The notes: generated from the letters alone by a model not told the origin. Counted from the stretch's first letter, positions 10,859-38,500 are shown. The stretch: DNA of 64,000 nucleotides from Zootoca vivipara (GCF_963506605.1 NC_083288.1:38502001-38566000), one strand, 5' to 3'. A program made the numbers and translations.

Positions 10859-12082
10859 GAACAGTGGTGTCTCCTTAACAGGTTTAATGCCATTAGCAGT
10901 GGGTTAACACAAGATGTTTTAATTATGTACATAATTCATTTTTGTGTATATAAAATAATTCATGAAGCAGACGTATTGCACAGTCAGAAGGTCCCCATAT
11001 TTAAAGACAGAGGTGGGAGGGCAGATACAATTTCAACCCTGTTGCACCCACCATTTTGGAGTTGCGGGTGGAGACCCACCTCCCAGATTCAGACAGTGTT
11101 TCATATTCCAGGTTCGGCATGTACACACCTTCTGATTAGTTCCTCAGTTTCAGGAGGGAGGCTGGGCTGACAGGATGGTACCCCAATTGCTAATGCAAGG
11201 CAGGGATCTTTCCAACCCTAACCTTGTTTTGTATATGAATATACATGACAATTTGCTCCGCGACTGGAGGGGGGTTATGAAGAAGAGATGAACTATTCCA
11301 GACCCAAGTGGGAGAGGTTTGTAGCCTGGTTTTTAACCCAGGCCTCAAGACAGTATTCTGACCACATTTCTTAGCAAATGCAAACCAAGAAGAAAATTGG
11401 GGTAATCCCCCTATTGCTAGGTGAATTATTGTGAATTGCGGCACTGGATCCCCCCCCCATTTCATCCTACCCCCTCATTAGTCACAGGTACAGCTGTATT
11501 GTCCTCCCCCCCTTAAAAAGAAATACGCATCTTTCTCCCGCAACACACACACACACACGTATCACAGTGACCCAACAATGGATACTTGAGCTGCACTGCG
11601 CCATGGCAACACAGGGTGGGAATGGAGGGCAGAGGAAGACGAGAAGTAAAACACATGAGAAGAGAGTTTATAGGCAACACTGCAGAGGTTGTTTTTGTTT
11701 TCTGGAAGGGGAGAATGCCCCTCATCCTCCTATTCATCACCTTGATGCAATTTGTTTCAGCATTATTTGTTTTTAATGCTCTTCAATGTTCCCTGCCTCT
11801 CTATCCCCAATGCAATAAGGGATTTCAGTGCCAGTATATAGATTTTTCCATTCCAGCAACTCAACCTCTCCAAGGGCTGGGAGGGGAGTGCCATTCCAGT
11901 GCTGTGGGCGTTCATACAGACTCCCATGCCCTCCCGCCAGGATTCCAGCCCCCCCTCTCCCCCACCACACACGTGCACATAACGGCAGCTATTTTTACCC
12001 ACCCACCCAGCCCTTCCACAGTCCAGTCAGTCATTCTCAGGATTTTGGGGCGGAGAGGAAGAGGAGAACACGTGCTGTCCCT

Positions 12083-24925
<12,843 letters not shown>

Positions 24926-26099
24926 TCATGTGCTGGGTCAGCTCCTCCTCCTGTGTCTTTCACGTTCCCTGCAGGGATTCTCCACTTACTCCCACACTTT
25001 CCAGTGGGAAATTTATTCTGCCTCAATGACCCATTGCAGTTAATCAGGACACAGTGTTGAGCATGCCAGTCTCTTCCCCCCACTGCCTCCCGTGTCCAGA
25101 AGATCCTGAAAAACTTCCAAATGCAAGATCAGGTCGATTTGACAACGCAGTTGTTTCCTCGGAAATGGGAAAGTTTAAGGCTGTCTTTCTGCCAAAAGTC
25201 CCTCCAGGTTTGTTTTTTTGGAGCGCAGATGTTACAAGCTTCTCTTTCCAGATCTTTGCTTCCTTAAAGTCAAATGACAAAAAGGAACCCGCTTGAGCCT
25301 GCCAAGAGAGTTTCTTCCTATGTCAACAATCTGTAGAATGCAGTGTCGAAAGCGTATCCGCCGTTTTTTTGGATTTTTAAAAGAGAGGGCAGTCCACAGA
25401 TGTAGCACAGGCCCACAGTTTAGTAAGACCTCAGGCTTCCTCTGATGGGATGGGGCAGAGCAAAAAGATTAGGAAGGTGAAAAAAGCATCAGGAAATGAC
25501 AGAATATATATATTTTTCCAAAGGAGCTGTTTTTCCCACATTCAGCAGCGGGGTGCCAAAGGGTGTTGCAGTTTACGAAAAGCTTGACATTGGGGTCTCC
25601 AAAGGAAATAAGTAATTCAGAGCTTTAAAAAAAAATACAGGACAGAAGATTTATTCAAAAAGGTGGCTTTTAAAATAATAATAAAAAAGGAAACCCAGAA
25701 GGGAAAACACAAATCCTCAGACCAAAATTTGTGGTTCTGCCAAAAAAAGAAAAAAGGAATGAACTGATTAAGGACCACAGAAATTATTTAAAAATATATA
25801 TAACCAGAAAAGAAGGGGAATTTAGGTCCTTCCAAAAGCCTTCCTGTTTCCCAGAATAAATGGTAAAGCACAGGGGTGACAACCAGACACTTTCAATTGG
25901 GGTGGGGAAGAAGAGAGAGGAGATTAGAGAAATAAGAGGGGGGAGGAGAGAACGAGGGTCAAATAAAGCAGGGAGTTTCGCCCCCACCCAAGGGATCGAA
26001 GCCAATAGGAAGGACCTTAAAGTTTCTCTCCAAATGACCTGGCAGCCTTTTCTTTTCCTAACATTCGCTGGGGCGGGGTAGAGAGAGAGAGAAGGAGAG

Positions 26100-27070
26100 C
26101 CACGAAAACAGGCAAGAAAGGGAAGCAGGGAAGCAGAGAGAGGGAGAGATGCGCCGGGTCTGGAAGCACGAGGAAACCCCGGATCTCGGGAATCAATGAA
26201 GGATCGGGGGAAGGGGAGGCTCAGGCTGGGGAAGGGGCGCAGGGCGCATCTGCAAGGGGAGGGAGGCTCTCGCGGGGCCCCCCCAGGCCAGACGGGTCTC
26301 GTTGCTGTGCGGCTGCCGCCCTCCGTCCCTCTCCCGGCCGGACGCTGGGCTGGGATCAGATGACCGCGGAGCTCGCAGGCTGCCGCTTCCTTCCTGCCTC
26401 TCCCCTCCTGCTGCTGCTGCTGCCGCCGCTTCCTCCGCCTCCTTCCCAAGCGCAGCAGGCGCCGCCTCTCGCGCCCGCTCGGGCCGATGGAACGCCAGGG
26501 CGCGATTGGAATCAGCCGGGAGGGGGCGGGTCCGGGGGCGGGGTCCGGCTTATAATGGGCGGTGCCTGGCGGGCGGGGCTTCCAAGTGGGGAGAGGCGGC
26601 AATAAAGAATGGGCGGGGCTTAAGGGCGACAGGGCGGGCTGGGGATCGGAGCTCCATCGAAGCCAATTTAAGCAACCTATATTATTATCATCATTATCAT
26701 TATTATATTAGAATTTAACTCAGTCCTCGGGGTTATGGAAATTTATAGACGTAAAGCAAAAATATAAATATTCGTGGGTGGGTCAGTGCAGCAGCCCGAG
26801 AGCCTTCAGCAGGTTTACTCGGGAGTAAGCCGGGCATACTTTAATTAGGGGCCCGTTTCTGCGGAGGCGAGTGCCCCAACAGGATTACAGCCCGAAAATA
26901 GTCCGTGAAGGCTGCAGCCCGGTGCACTCGGGGAAGCAAATCCCGCGGAATGCATATTTATTTCTGAGCAATCGCCAATCGGGCATAGGATCGGCTTGCC
27001 AGGGAATGAGCACGTTCAACTCCGCACGCCGCCCCCCCCCCCCCCGCGGCCGGGAAATATACAGTAGACC
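26100..27070 (-). promoter_or_regulatory. CpG island / promoter of the RAB35-like gene
   Basis: Dense CpG; several GGGCGG boxes at 26520-26640; CCAAT (-) near 26506; (GCA/GCG)n tract typical of a 5'UTR at 26408-26430; candidate 5'UTR acceptor ttttttggcag near 25737. Confidence 0.8.
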
Positions 27071-28194
27071 TAACGAGGCAGGGGGGCTAAATTCCGAGCA
27101 GAAAAGTGTCAAGAGCTTTGCTGCATTTAGCACTACGGATCAAAGGAGACGGGGGAAGGCGATTACTAAATTAATGATATTTAATTCAATGATTTAAATT
27201 AATTTCAATTCATGATTAAATTCATAATTACGACGACGACTTGGTAATATGCAGCTCGGAGAACCTCCGTGTAACAGGCAACGAACAAGTCTAATAAATT
27301 TCACACCAGCAACACCCCTGTGCATATAAACAAAGCCAGTCCAATACAGATAATATATGGCTTAAAATAATGCCGGCGCTGATGAGAAACAAAGCACAGT
27401 GAGGAGGATAAAGGGGTGTGTGTGTGGAGGGTTTGAAGTCCAGTAGGAGGGGCTTCAGGTAGGGAATGGAAAAGTAGGATTGGAATTGGGGTGGTGCTTC
27501 TGTTTGCTTGTTGTGGTTTCTCTTTTTCTTACAAGGCCCCAGCTGCACAGCAGGCAGAAATTCAACAGGTGCAGCTTTTCCTTGCATGGTGATACAGCGA
27601 TGCAACTCTCCCTACTTCCTTGGGAGAAGTGACTGGGAGATAGGTGCTCTGCTCTTTTGGAGTAATGGTCTTCGGAGGACTCTTAAGCTTCCAGCCACTT
27701 CTTCTTGCCCTCTAGTTAACCACACCGTCTCTCAGAGGGCCCAGGACTCCATCGCGAACTGCTGTTCCACCACTGGGGGACGGGGGGGGGGGAGGCTGGA
27801 AGATTGGCAGCTGCGTCCTCTGTTTACTTTGTCCATCTGCCTCATCTGTCTGTTCTGCATTCCTCTCTGCAGGGTTGAGATGCCAACTGCAGCCGCCCCC
27901 TCAGCGCTGCAAGAAATGCTCGTATTGTTCTCTTGTTAGGCCCACTTGCGGGTAGAAAAATGCCACCCAGATGGGCACAGCTGGTGTGCAGTGGGGAAGG
28001 GCATGAAAGGAAAAGCCAAGGGATCCTTTTTGCTAGAACAAGGGGCACCATCTCTCCCTGGCAGATTAAAAAAATAAATTTGCTCATGTTAGTTTAAGTG
28101 AATGCAAATTAAAATAGTCCATGACCCAGGCTTGGAGTCCTATTAAAAGTGAAAGTATACTCTGACCAAACAACCCCTCTGCAGTCCCACAAAA

Positions 28195-28995
28195 CCAACT
28201 CAATGCTGTAACGTTGGAAAGTGTCGATGACTTCTCCTACCTGGGCAGTTATCCTTCCACAAGGGCCGACATTGATGCGGAAATCCAGCATTGTTTGAGC
28301 TCTCTGATTGCAGTTTTATCCCGACTGAAGGGCAGAGTATTTGAAGACCGGGACATTTGCAGGGAAACCAAAATGCTTGTTTACAAAGCTATTGTACTAC
28401 CAACCTTACTGTATGCTTGTGGAACATGGATCACTTATAAACGCCATCTCCAACTCCTTGAAACATTCCACCAACAGTGTCTCCGAAAAATGTTACACAT
28501 CAACTGGGAAGTTAGGTGAATTAATATCAATGTACTGGAAGAAGCATAGACCACCATTGTCAAAGCAATGATTCTTCAACATCAACTTTGTTGGACTAGT
28601 CATGTTGTTTGGATGCCTGATGATCGTCTTCCAAAGCAACTACTCTATTCCAAACTTTAAAATGGAAAGCGTAATGCTGGTGGTCAACAAAAGAGGTTTA
28701 AAGACTCTCTCAAGGCAAATGTAGTCTAAACATAGACAACTGGGAAACACTGGCCCGCGAGCGCTCCAATTGGAGAACAGTATTTGGACACTCAAACTCA
28801 GGATGAAACTCAGGATGAAAGGGAGAAACGTGCTAAGAGGGAGGCACGTTTGGCAAACCCTCACCATGATCAACTCCCGTCCGGAAACCTATGTCCCCAC
28901 TGTGGAAGGATGTGTGGATCCGCTTACGGACTCACTGTTAAGACCGTGTTCATGAAAGACAATCTTTCTTGGCTATGAGTAACCGCCAAAGAATA
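28195..28995 (+). mobile_element. Degenerate RTE-clade LINE 3' fragment
   Basis: ESVDDFSYLGS...KMLVYKAIVLPTLLYACGTW...CPHCGRMCGS with stops and frameshifts. Confidence 0.88.
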
Positions 28996-29450
28996 ATACT
29001 CTGATCAGATTGGTTTAAAATTCAATCTGATGGTAACAGGAAATATACCGTAGTTATTCCCCACCCCGACTGTTGAGGGGTGATGGAAAAAGCAGTCTGC
29101 CTATTAAAACAGAAACAGCATTTTTGTTAATCTCTCCAGGTTGGCTTTCAGAAGGTACAAGTGAGCCCCCCCCCCAATAACAAAATGTTGCAGCGTGTCA
29201 CCAGCTCACAACTTTGAGCATGTGCAGCTTCCAGGCGACATCCAAGGCCCTGACTACAAGTTGGCTGAGATAAAGTTTTGCAAACTTAAGCACTGTTTCC
29301 TTAGAATTTCCTAGAATTATTGGTTCCCAACCTTCTCTAGGCTTCCCAGCATTCCCTGCTCTGTGTGAGTAGGCCGCAACCTCCCTCCCAAAGAACCTGC
29401 TTCCCAAGAGCAGACAGCGAGGTAGGCGTGAGGTTTAAGAACCATACTTC

Positions 29451-29456
29451 TTTATT
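29451..29456 (-). terminator. Candidate BICDL2 poly(A) signal (3'UTR about 2.9 kb); an alternative AATAAA lies at 31677-31672
   Basis: AATAAA on minus at the end of an AU-rich tract containing TGTATATT. Confidence 0.45.
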
Positions 29457-32382
29457 TAATAAACAGAATAGTATTAAATTTGTATTAACAAAATATACAG
29501 CCAAAAATATTCTATAACAATATACATCTTCTGCTTCGTAGATAAATATTTTCTCTTGTCTTGGCTCTTCCCAGCGGCTTTGCTTTGCAAATTGTTGCCT
29601 GTCCTAAGCAGCTGAAAAGTGAAACTGGCAAAATAGTATCGGTTTGGGGGTTCCCCCCTTTTTTGCAACAGCAAGGGGAAAGGGTGGAAGGAGATGAAAG
29701 TACGGCAGTACCCTCTGCTGGGGGTGCCCACGTGACAAAGTAATAATTGTTCATTTGCATAAATGTATGCACAAGTCACCGACTACCGGGCACAGATTAT
29801 TCATCACCCCCCCCCAAATGAACAGCAAGGAAAATCTAGATAAAGCGAGGCCCCTAATGTGCCGTGGGTAATACTGCCGCCTACTGAAGGGGCGTCATTG
29901 TGCCCCCCTGCTGGTGTGCAGAGTTTGTAAGAGATATTTGCAAGGTTCCACCTTATGCCTCCTCCTCATAGTAACTGGCTCCACTACTGAATACAGAGGG
30001 TGTCCCACATTTAGGAAAGCCCAATCTCCGAGAAAGGCACGCCTTCAGAACCTCTCATTTTCAGTCATGTTCAGAATATACATTTAAAGCACATTTAAAT
30101 TTCTAGAAACAGAGAATTGTAGAGTTAGAAGACACCCCAAGGGTCATTTAGTCCAACCCTCTGCAGTGCAGGAATCTTTTGCCTAATGTGGGGCTCGAAC
30201 CCACAACCCCAAGAGTATCATGCTCTACTCACTGAGCAATCTTCCCAAAGAATTCTGGGCATTGTAGTTTGCCCACCCACAGGCAGAACTATACTTCCCA
30301 GCCCCTTTAACAAACTGAAATCCCAGGATTCTTTGGGGGATGCTGTTGTGCTTCAAACGTACTGTATAGGGTTGATGTGGCGTCAGTGCACGAGAAAGCA
30401 TGGGAAGCTGCCCCAAAAACAGCAAACCAGGGTTTCGCAGGGAAGTAAAGTGCTAGTACAGTTAGAACGTTCGGAGGGATCATCAAGTACCGCTAATCTC
30501 CCGTGGCTAACGGTTTGTCAGCCGTTTATCCCCAGACTTCTAAGAAGTCAGCATTAATTCCCCCCCACTCACTACGGAGGGAAATATTATTCTAGCCAGC
30601 CCCAGAGCTTTTAAGTCTGAAAGGGAGTAAAAGGCTAGTGAATTTATTTTTATTTTTATTTACAAAAAGGAAATTTGGACGATGTCGACAATGCAGGTTT
30701 GCATCTGCAAGGTCCTCTAGAAAAATCCACTTAGCTGAATCATGGCTCTCGCTGGGCAAACTTGGAACATCTGCTGGAACACAGACAGGCCAGCTGGCAT
30801 TGGGAAGTTAAAGGTATTTCTTTAAAAAAGAAGAAGAAGAGAGGTGCAAAATAAGCTAGTTTATTTATATGGCGAGCAATTCCACTGGCATTGGAAACGG
30901 CACCCAATCATGTGATTGGTTTTAGTTGCCCCACTGTAGCTTTTTGGCCTGCTGATGCCATCCAATCGGTGGTGGTGGCCTGTGGTAACTCTTATCGCCA
31001 GTTGGATACAAGTGCCCCGATTTCAGATGAATCGTTTTGTTAGGTACTTAGGGCCCTGACTGACAGGACCGGCTGATCTGAGGGCGTAACTTGGAACCCA
31101 CAGTTGTTCCAAGCAGACTATTAAAATGCAAGGAAATATCTTGTCACCACATTAGTCACATTAGTGCTGGAATTGGTCTATCATTAAAACTCAGATGGAC
31201 AGCTCAGCGTGTCAGTCTCGCTGACGGAGAAATGCCATGAAAGCTCCCTCCATTGCTAGAGACAGGATGCCTCTAAATACCACATCCTCAGGTAGGGAGA
31301 GTAGTAGTACTTGCACGCTTCCTACAGGCATCTGGCCGGCTGCTGGGAAAACGCTGGGCGACAGGGGCCTTTGGACTGATCCAGCAGAGCAAGCTCTTCC
31401 GATGTTCTTAGGAGCCCAGCTCACGTGTTGCAATAGGAACAGAGTTGCACTGCTGGGCCAGCTCCCAGCATCCTATCCTGCACCTCCTGCCTGCGCACTG
31501 AGCATAGATAAACATGTAAAATGTAAAACGGGGCAGCTGGCCTTTTTCTGGCTGAGGGCCGCATTGCCCAAAGGCCAGCACTCCGGGGGCCACATGTCAA
31601 AGTGGGCATGCCCAAAGGGCAAAAGTGGGGGGGTAGCAGAACCCCACACTTCTTGTCATTATTAATTACCTTTTATTCCTACCCACCCCTTCTTTCTCAT
31701 CAACTTACTCTTATCAACTTACTTACTTTCTTACTCCCTTCCACTGCCAGCACCCCATATTCCTTATTAACTTCTCTCTTTCTCTCCCCTTCCTTCCTAA
31801 TACATAGGGCTTTCTGCCTTACTGCAATGGACATTCCAATCTCCCTGTCTTTCTCTCTCCCTTTCTCTCACCTGTAAAGCACATCTCCAGTACAAAAGGA
31901 CCCCCTGACCCTACCCCTGACATCGTGGCCCCAGGCTAGCCATACACATGTGATATCCGCACATTGAGTGTGGATGCCTGTAAACAAAACTCCTGGGCCC
32001 GCCCTGACATCATGTTCTGGGCTAGCCCCCCACCTACCCACAAGATCTGTGCAAGGAGTATGTCTTGCATGCTGGTTCTTTTACACTCACAGATCTCTGC
32101 ACTCAACTCTCCGCTATTGGGACCGGCAGTGTGGCTCTGCTCCTATTACAACACATGTGAGTATCCTCTGTGTGTATAGAGTGTGAACAGGGGATCAATT
32201 ATGAGCAACGTAATGGAACCGGAGAACAAATTCCTTTGGCCTGGAGTTAGTTGACAAGCTGCTAAGAGGCCCAGAAGCCATTTCAGCCCTGGCCACCTCA
32301 AGTCTTGGTCTCATCGACAGCTGCCACTTCCGCCACCAATGAGTTCTGGCGTTTATATTCCCTCCACCACCTGTCCAGCTCC

Positions 32383-32556
32383 TCAGCTTTTCCGGAAGAG
32401 TGAGAAGAAGCCAGTGCCATTGGGGATGCTGGTGCCACGGCGATAGAAAGGAGGGTTCTTGCCTTCTGCCGGGCTTCTGGGCGACGAAGTGATGGGGTGG
32501 GTCTCTTCCTGGTGCTTCTGCAGTAGTTGCTGGTGAATGATATACTGAATATCATC
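32383..32556 (-). CDS. BICDL2: BICDL2 last coding exon
   Basis: [18 protein letters not shown]...[11 protein letters not shown]. Confidence 0.92.
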   Translation of the reverse strand, partial: DDIQYIIHQQLLQKHQEETHPITSSPRSPAEGKNPPFYRRGTSIPNGTGFFSLFRKS

Positions 32557-35500
32557 CTGTGTGGCAGGAAAGAAAAGCAGATGTAACCACAACAGCTCTC
32601 CTAAATTGTGAGTTTGTCTAGTCCTCTTTTAAAGCCATCCAAATCGGTGGCCTTCCTTACATCATTCCACAGTTTCGCTAGGCGCTGTGTGAAGAAATAC
32701 TTCCTTTTTTCCTGTCCTCAATCTCCTACTGTGCATCCTCATTGGATGGCCTCAAGTTCTAACATTAGGAGAGAGGAAGAAAAACGCCTCTCCTTTCTTC
32801 TAAGCTTAAAGAGCCCCATACATTCTAACTTTTCCTCATGGGGCAGTGGCTTCAGGCCCTTGGTTGCCCTTTTCCGGCTCTACAATATCCTTTTCGAGGC
32901 GAGGCGACCAAGTTTGTGAGCCTGGTGGCAGTAGAGGCTCTTCCCCTCTTTTAATTGATGTGAGCTGCTTTGGAAGACAATCGTTGTCTGAAAAAATGGG
33001 ACAAAGATCCCATAAACAAATAAACAAATAAAAAAAATAAATTTTTGTGTTTGCTACCCTGTTCTTCTTATTTGTCCTCTCCCAGCTGCTCCTGCTACTT
33101 CTCCTCCTCTTCTTACCCTGTCACGGTCTCTTTCCCTTCCTTTCTTTTCGGCCCCTGTTCAGAACTGGAATGAATCCATAAAGCAAACTTGGAACAAATT
33201 GTGAATGCAGGGAGAGAATCAGAAATTCTCACGCTCATCCCATTTGTGTCACTGTGAGATCTGGAATTTATTAAGCATGGCAGGAGCCAAAAAGCTGCTG
33301 TCTGACTTGCAGTTTGAGATTTAAAAAATGTTGCGTCTGCTACTATGACGTTCCCTGGGCCCTTTTGGCTGCTTCCTTCGGCTTCCAGCATATAAACTGG
33401 AAGGACAATTGGTGCAGTTTAAAATNNNNNNNNNNNNNNNNNNNNNNNNNNNNNNNNNNNNNNNNNNNNNNNNNNNNNNNNNNNNNNNNNNNNNNNNNNN
33501 NNNNNNNNNNNNNNNNNNNNNNNNNNNNNNNNNNNNNNNNNNNNNNNNNNNNNNNACTCACTTGCCAAGCTTCCAGCTCCTGGGAAAGGGCCATCTTCTG
33601 GCGAATGACACGCAATAGCTGCTGGCTCATGGAATCCCGTTCCAGGGAGACTTTTGCCAGTTCCAACTCCATTTCGCCTTTCCTGATAAGACAGCGGATA
33701 GAGACACACACAAAAAGATAAACAAAGCTGGAAGCTTAACCACGTCTACTCAGTGAATTCACTGGGTGCTTTCAGATGGCTTGTTTACTGATCATTCATT
33801 CTGATTTGGTTTGGGGGAGGTAAGATGATGTTGCATCACAGCAAGTGTTATCCCACAATTTCCAGCTCATTTTCCCTTTGCTTACCCTATTGCAAAAGCC
33901 CTGGCATTTCTGGGAAGTGAGTTTGTTGTGCAAGCCCTTCCAATCACCTTGGAATTTCCCAGTAAGTGATTGAATCCCACTCCAAAATAGTGACAGTCTG
34001 GAAATGCCCTTACTCCCAGGTAAGTGGGGTTAGGATCAAAGTCTCGTACATTACAAGGTCCTCCAGGTTGTCACTGTTCCATGGGAGGGATTCAAGCACA
34101 TACCATACATTACATATCATACATTTAGGTTTGCCTAGCTGAAGTAGGTTAAAGGACCTCGCCGCCCCCAGCACAAGCAATCCCGTTTAAAATAAGAATT
34201 ACAGTAATCTTTTTGCTGTTTGGAAAGTGACAGAGAAATGCACTGAGAAGTGTGGGACGAACGAATGATCAACTAACAGAAAGACGTGTAAACATCCCAC
34301 AAGCAAATCAGAAAGCACGTTCATTCATTGTCAAATAACCACCCCACAAACAAATCAGGATAAATGCTCAATAAGGACTGGATATATTATCTAACCTCTG
34401 CGTAAGCTATGTGGAAGCAAATCAGGATGAAGGCTCAGTAATTAAGGAACAAAAAATTTAAAAAAATCCTTCCAGCAGCACCTTAGAGACGAACTCAAGT
34501 TTGTCATTGGTATGAGCTTTCGTGTGCATGCACACTTCTTCAGATAGAAGAAAGCTCATACCAATGACAAACTTAGTTGGTCTCTAAGGTGCTGCTGGAA
34601 GGATTTTTTTTAAATTTTGTTTCAACTACATCAGACCAACACGGCTACCTACCTGTAACTAATTAAGGAACAATTTTACATGCAGTTCCCAGTTCAGCCT
34701 GAAGATGTCACACTTCTATGGTTTAAAAACTTTCCCCTTTCTCTACAGCCTGCAGTGGGGGTGGGGGTAATACATGGAGCCCTTCATCAATGGCTGCCGG
34801 ACCGGACTTTCCTGAATGTCTGCCGCCATTTAGGATCACCCCTTAAACTGGACAACTCTAGGAGGTTCCCAGAATCCTCTCTGGCTCACAGGGGTTACAA
34901 TAACAGACATACAGGGTTTTCCTCTGAAGACAGCTCAGTGCAGAAAGGGTTTCCTGGAGCTAGAACATTTGCTTTAAAACGCTGCAGAAGGGAAATGCAT
35001 ACAGCTGTGAACCGATTAAGATCATTTGAGTTAATTCCCTGCCTTTAAGGTTACTCATTAACCTGCGGGAGTAAACACTGCAGCCTCTCAAACAACAGTA
35101 GGTATTTTGAGGATATTTAATGAATGCAGCAGGTTTACTCCGGGACCAAAGCTGCTGATTTTTGAGCATTCGCTCTGATTTGTTTGCAAGGAGGTTACGT
35201 GATGTTGTGTTACTATCTTACACTTTCCAGTGCAATTTCCCATCACATCCTTTATCACAAAAAAAATCCAAATTTATAGAGAAGCAGGTTTGCTGTGCAA
35301 GAGCACCAAATCAATAGCACCAGTCTGGAAGCGCCATGAATTACACTGACCAAAAAAATAGGTGGCGGTGCTTGAAAGACTGAGCATCTGCCTTGTGTGC
35401 AGAAGGCAATCTCCAACTCCTCTAGGTAGAGGGCTTCTGACAGTCATAGTAGACCAAGGTTTCCCAAACTTGGGTCTCCAGCTGTTTTAGGTCTACAATT

Positions 35501-38500
35501 CCTATAATCCCTGACCACTGGTCCTGCTAACTAGGGATGATGGGAGTTGTAGTCCAAAAACAGCTGGAGACCCTGAAGTAGATGATTCTGAACTAGAAGA
35601 GCCTGTGGTCTGACTCAATAGAAAACAGCTTCCTACGCTCCTTTGAATTACAGGGTAACTTGTCCGGTTTTCTTATTTTTTGTGACCACCCTTTTAACGG
35701 TTTTTAGAAGAGAACTGAGTGTTTGGGAGAGGCAATTTGACAGAAACTGGAGAGCGTCAGGTACTTTCTGCCTTCCCCTCACTTCACCACCCCAATAATT
35801 TGATCACTGATGAAGGAAGAAGCCATTATGAATAAGATGTTCTGTGGCTGGTACTGTGGTTCAGAATAGCAGCAGAGATAAATATTCCGGCGTATAAGAC
35901 GACCCCCAACTTTTCCAGTTAAAATATAGAGTTTGGGATATACTCGCCGTATAAGAAATACGACCCGGCATATAAGACGACCCCCTACTTTTGAGAAGAT
36001 TTTCCTGGGTTAAAAAATAGTCTTATACGCAGGAATATACAGTATATATCTTAGATAGAATAAAAAGGTAAGGCTGTCGTCACGTGGCAGTTCATGTGTC
36101 TGCCAACAGGTAGCACTGTGATCTGATGACAGATTTCTGAGAGTTGCTGGGCCCATGATGGAGGGAGATAGAAGCAAGCAGGCATAAACGGAGGAGGTGG
36201 TTTTGGCAAGATTTAAGAGATGGGGGGGATTGGCAAGCGGGGCAGGATGAGGGGCAAAGTGAGCAGGGGCACAGCGCCTAGTAGGCATGTATATGTGTGT
36301 CCATATATACTTTTATACACACACACAGAGAGAGAGAATAAATATGCAATCAACTTACTTTATTATGGCCTCATCTCGATCTACTATGGCTAATTTCAGT
36401 GCTTCGTCCCGGTTGCTTTCTTGATACAGTCGCCTCTGGCTCTTGATCTCAGTCTTTAAATTGCAGAGTTCTACATACTGTAGTGTAATCTGAAAACGGG
36501 AAAAGAAATTTTAAAAATACTTTCTAGAAGGAAAATCATGCCGCTCCACAATATAGCATCCTCTGGTGGGGAAAGCACAGCACACACTACCTGATCCTGA
36601 AGTTTCATGATCTCTGCTTCTTTCTGCCTCAGCAAATCCTGCTCCTGGTGACTCAAGGCTGACACCCGTTTGGCATAGTCAATTCCTTCCTCTTCCACTC
36701 TCTTTGAGGAGTTTTTTGCCGCTGTGGGGGTATGCCAGGAACCATTGCAGGTGCCATTGGCCATCAGCTAAAGCAGACAAAGAAATCCAAACACATTCCC
36801 ATAAACCAAAGAGATCTCAATGACACTAAGACGCAGCTGACTCTAAGGTGAGTCACAGCAGTTGCTTATACAGGACAGTAAGTCTTCAAATGCCCTGAAC
36901 ATATTTTCATGGGAATTCTTCATACAGCACAAACCTCCCATCTGTGTGACTCTGGACATGTGACTTAAGGTTGCAAATCTATGCAGGTTTCCCTGAGAGT
37001 AAGTCCCATGTTCACTGGATTGCAGTGTAACTGAGCTTAATTGCAGCACTGCAAACAGAAGCCATGTACATATTTAGAATCGAGAATGTATTGATGTGGG
37101 TTATCTGTAGGAGGTTTAGTAGCACGGTCATACCCCATTTATGTATCCCTCTGGTGCCTTCAGTTTTATATTTTTATGTATCCCTCTGATGCCTTCAGTT
37201 TTATATGTTTATCTTTGTATTGAGAAATGTTTTTTGTTTCTGACTATCGGTCGAATAAAGTATATTGATTGATTGAAATGTTTTCGAAATGCATTGTACA
37301 ACATAGTTCTATACATGTCTATTCATTGAATTCAATCTCACTGAATTCAACAGGACCTACTCCCAGGTAAGTGTGCATAGGTTTGTACCCTTAAATCACT
37401 GGTCCAAGGTGACACGGATGTAGGCAAAAGATTGCAGCTGGGTAAGTGCATTGGTCAGTTTTAAGGAACTTTCATTTGGTGATCTAGTTCATGAACACAA
37501 AGCTTTTACACATTTGCGTGGGGTTTAAAAAAATCCTTCCTTTTTAAAGGTTTTTTTAAAAAAATTCCAGCCATGAGATAAACTTTACATATTGGTTGTA
37601 TTCTTGTGTCATAGTGAGGAATGTCAGAGAATTCTGGCAGAAATTGCCAATGTTTGCTCATTCATCCCATGTCCGCAACAGAAATGATTTCAGTGAAGAC
37701 CATTTGCTGTTGTTTTCAATCCACAAACTATTTACAATTGAAAACTCTTCCCCCACCCCGACGTGCGCTGCATTTCCTTTGCCCTGAAAGGAATGGTGTG
37801 GAATAACGTAACAATAATGTAATCAATTATGTAAAATTCTGCCATAGCCAACAAGATGAATAACCTGGGTTTTGTTGGAAGTTGAACTGTAGTGAAAAAG
37901 AAACAGTGCTTACATCCCTACTTGTGGTAAGACATAAAGGGGTACTATAAATGTACTCCTCTCCAGCAGTGAGTGGGAGCAGCAAGCCATAATTATTGGC
38001 TTACCTCTATGTCCAAACCAGGGCGGGGTGGGGGTGGGGGTCCCTTGGCTTGTTTTGCTTGAAACAAACCACAGTCTGAAGCCAAAGTTTGTTCTTGGCT
38101 CAACAAACCACAACCCCTACAGGTTGGACATAAAGCTAAGCCACAGGTCACTGGCTAGAAGGGAGCAGTGAAGTAGGAGATTTGTTAAGATCACAAGAAC
38201 AGCTCCGCTAGATCAGGTCAAAGGCTCATTTAGTCCAAAATCCGGAGTTCACAGTAGCCATAAGCAGGACTTGCGCACAAGAGCACTCTCTCCCCCCTCC
38301 TGCAGTTTCCAGAAACTGGTATTAAGAGGGATAGGGCTGGATCCAATTCTAGTCCTACTGGAACACGAGTTAATGAACAAGGCTAACTTAAGAGTCATCG
38401 GTTTAATGGGTCTACTTTGAGGAGAACCAGCATTAGCTACAACTCTAGTTGTTGTTGTTTTTTAAGATATCGTGCAATGTAATTCTGTGCATGTTCCATT

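Noticed and set aside
25784-26602. 272-aa minus-strand ORF
   Set aside because: GC-rich promoter/5'UTR of the RAB35-like gene; low complexity, no recognisable domain
29901-29914. CTCF-like motifs (also near 5878 and 36103)
   Set aside because: Each has a core mismatch; not supportable without a PWM scan or ChIP data
33426-33555. Possible missing BICDL2 exon in the N gap
   Set aside because: Flanking exons join in frame (AWQ|DDI) as expected for the family
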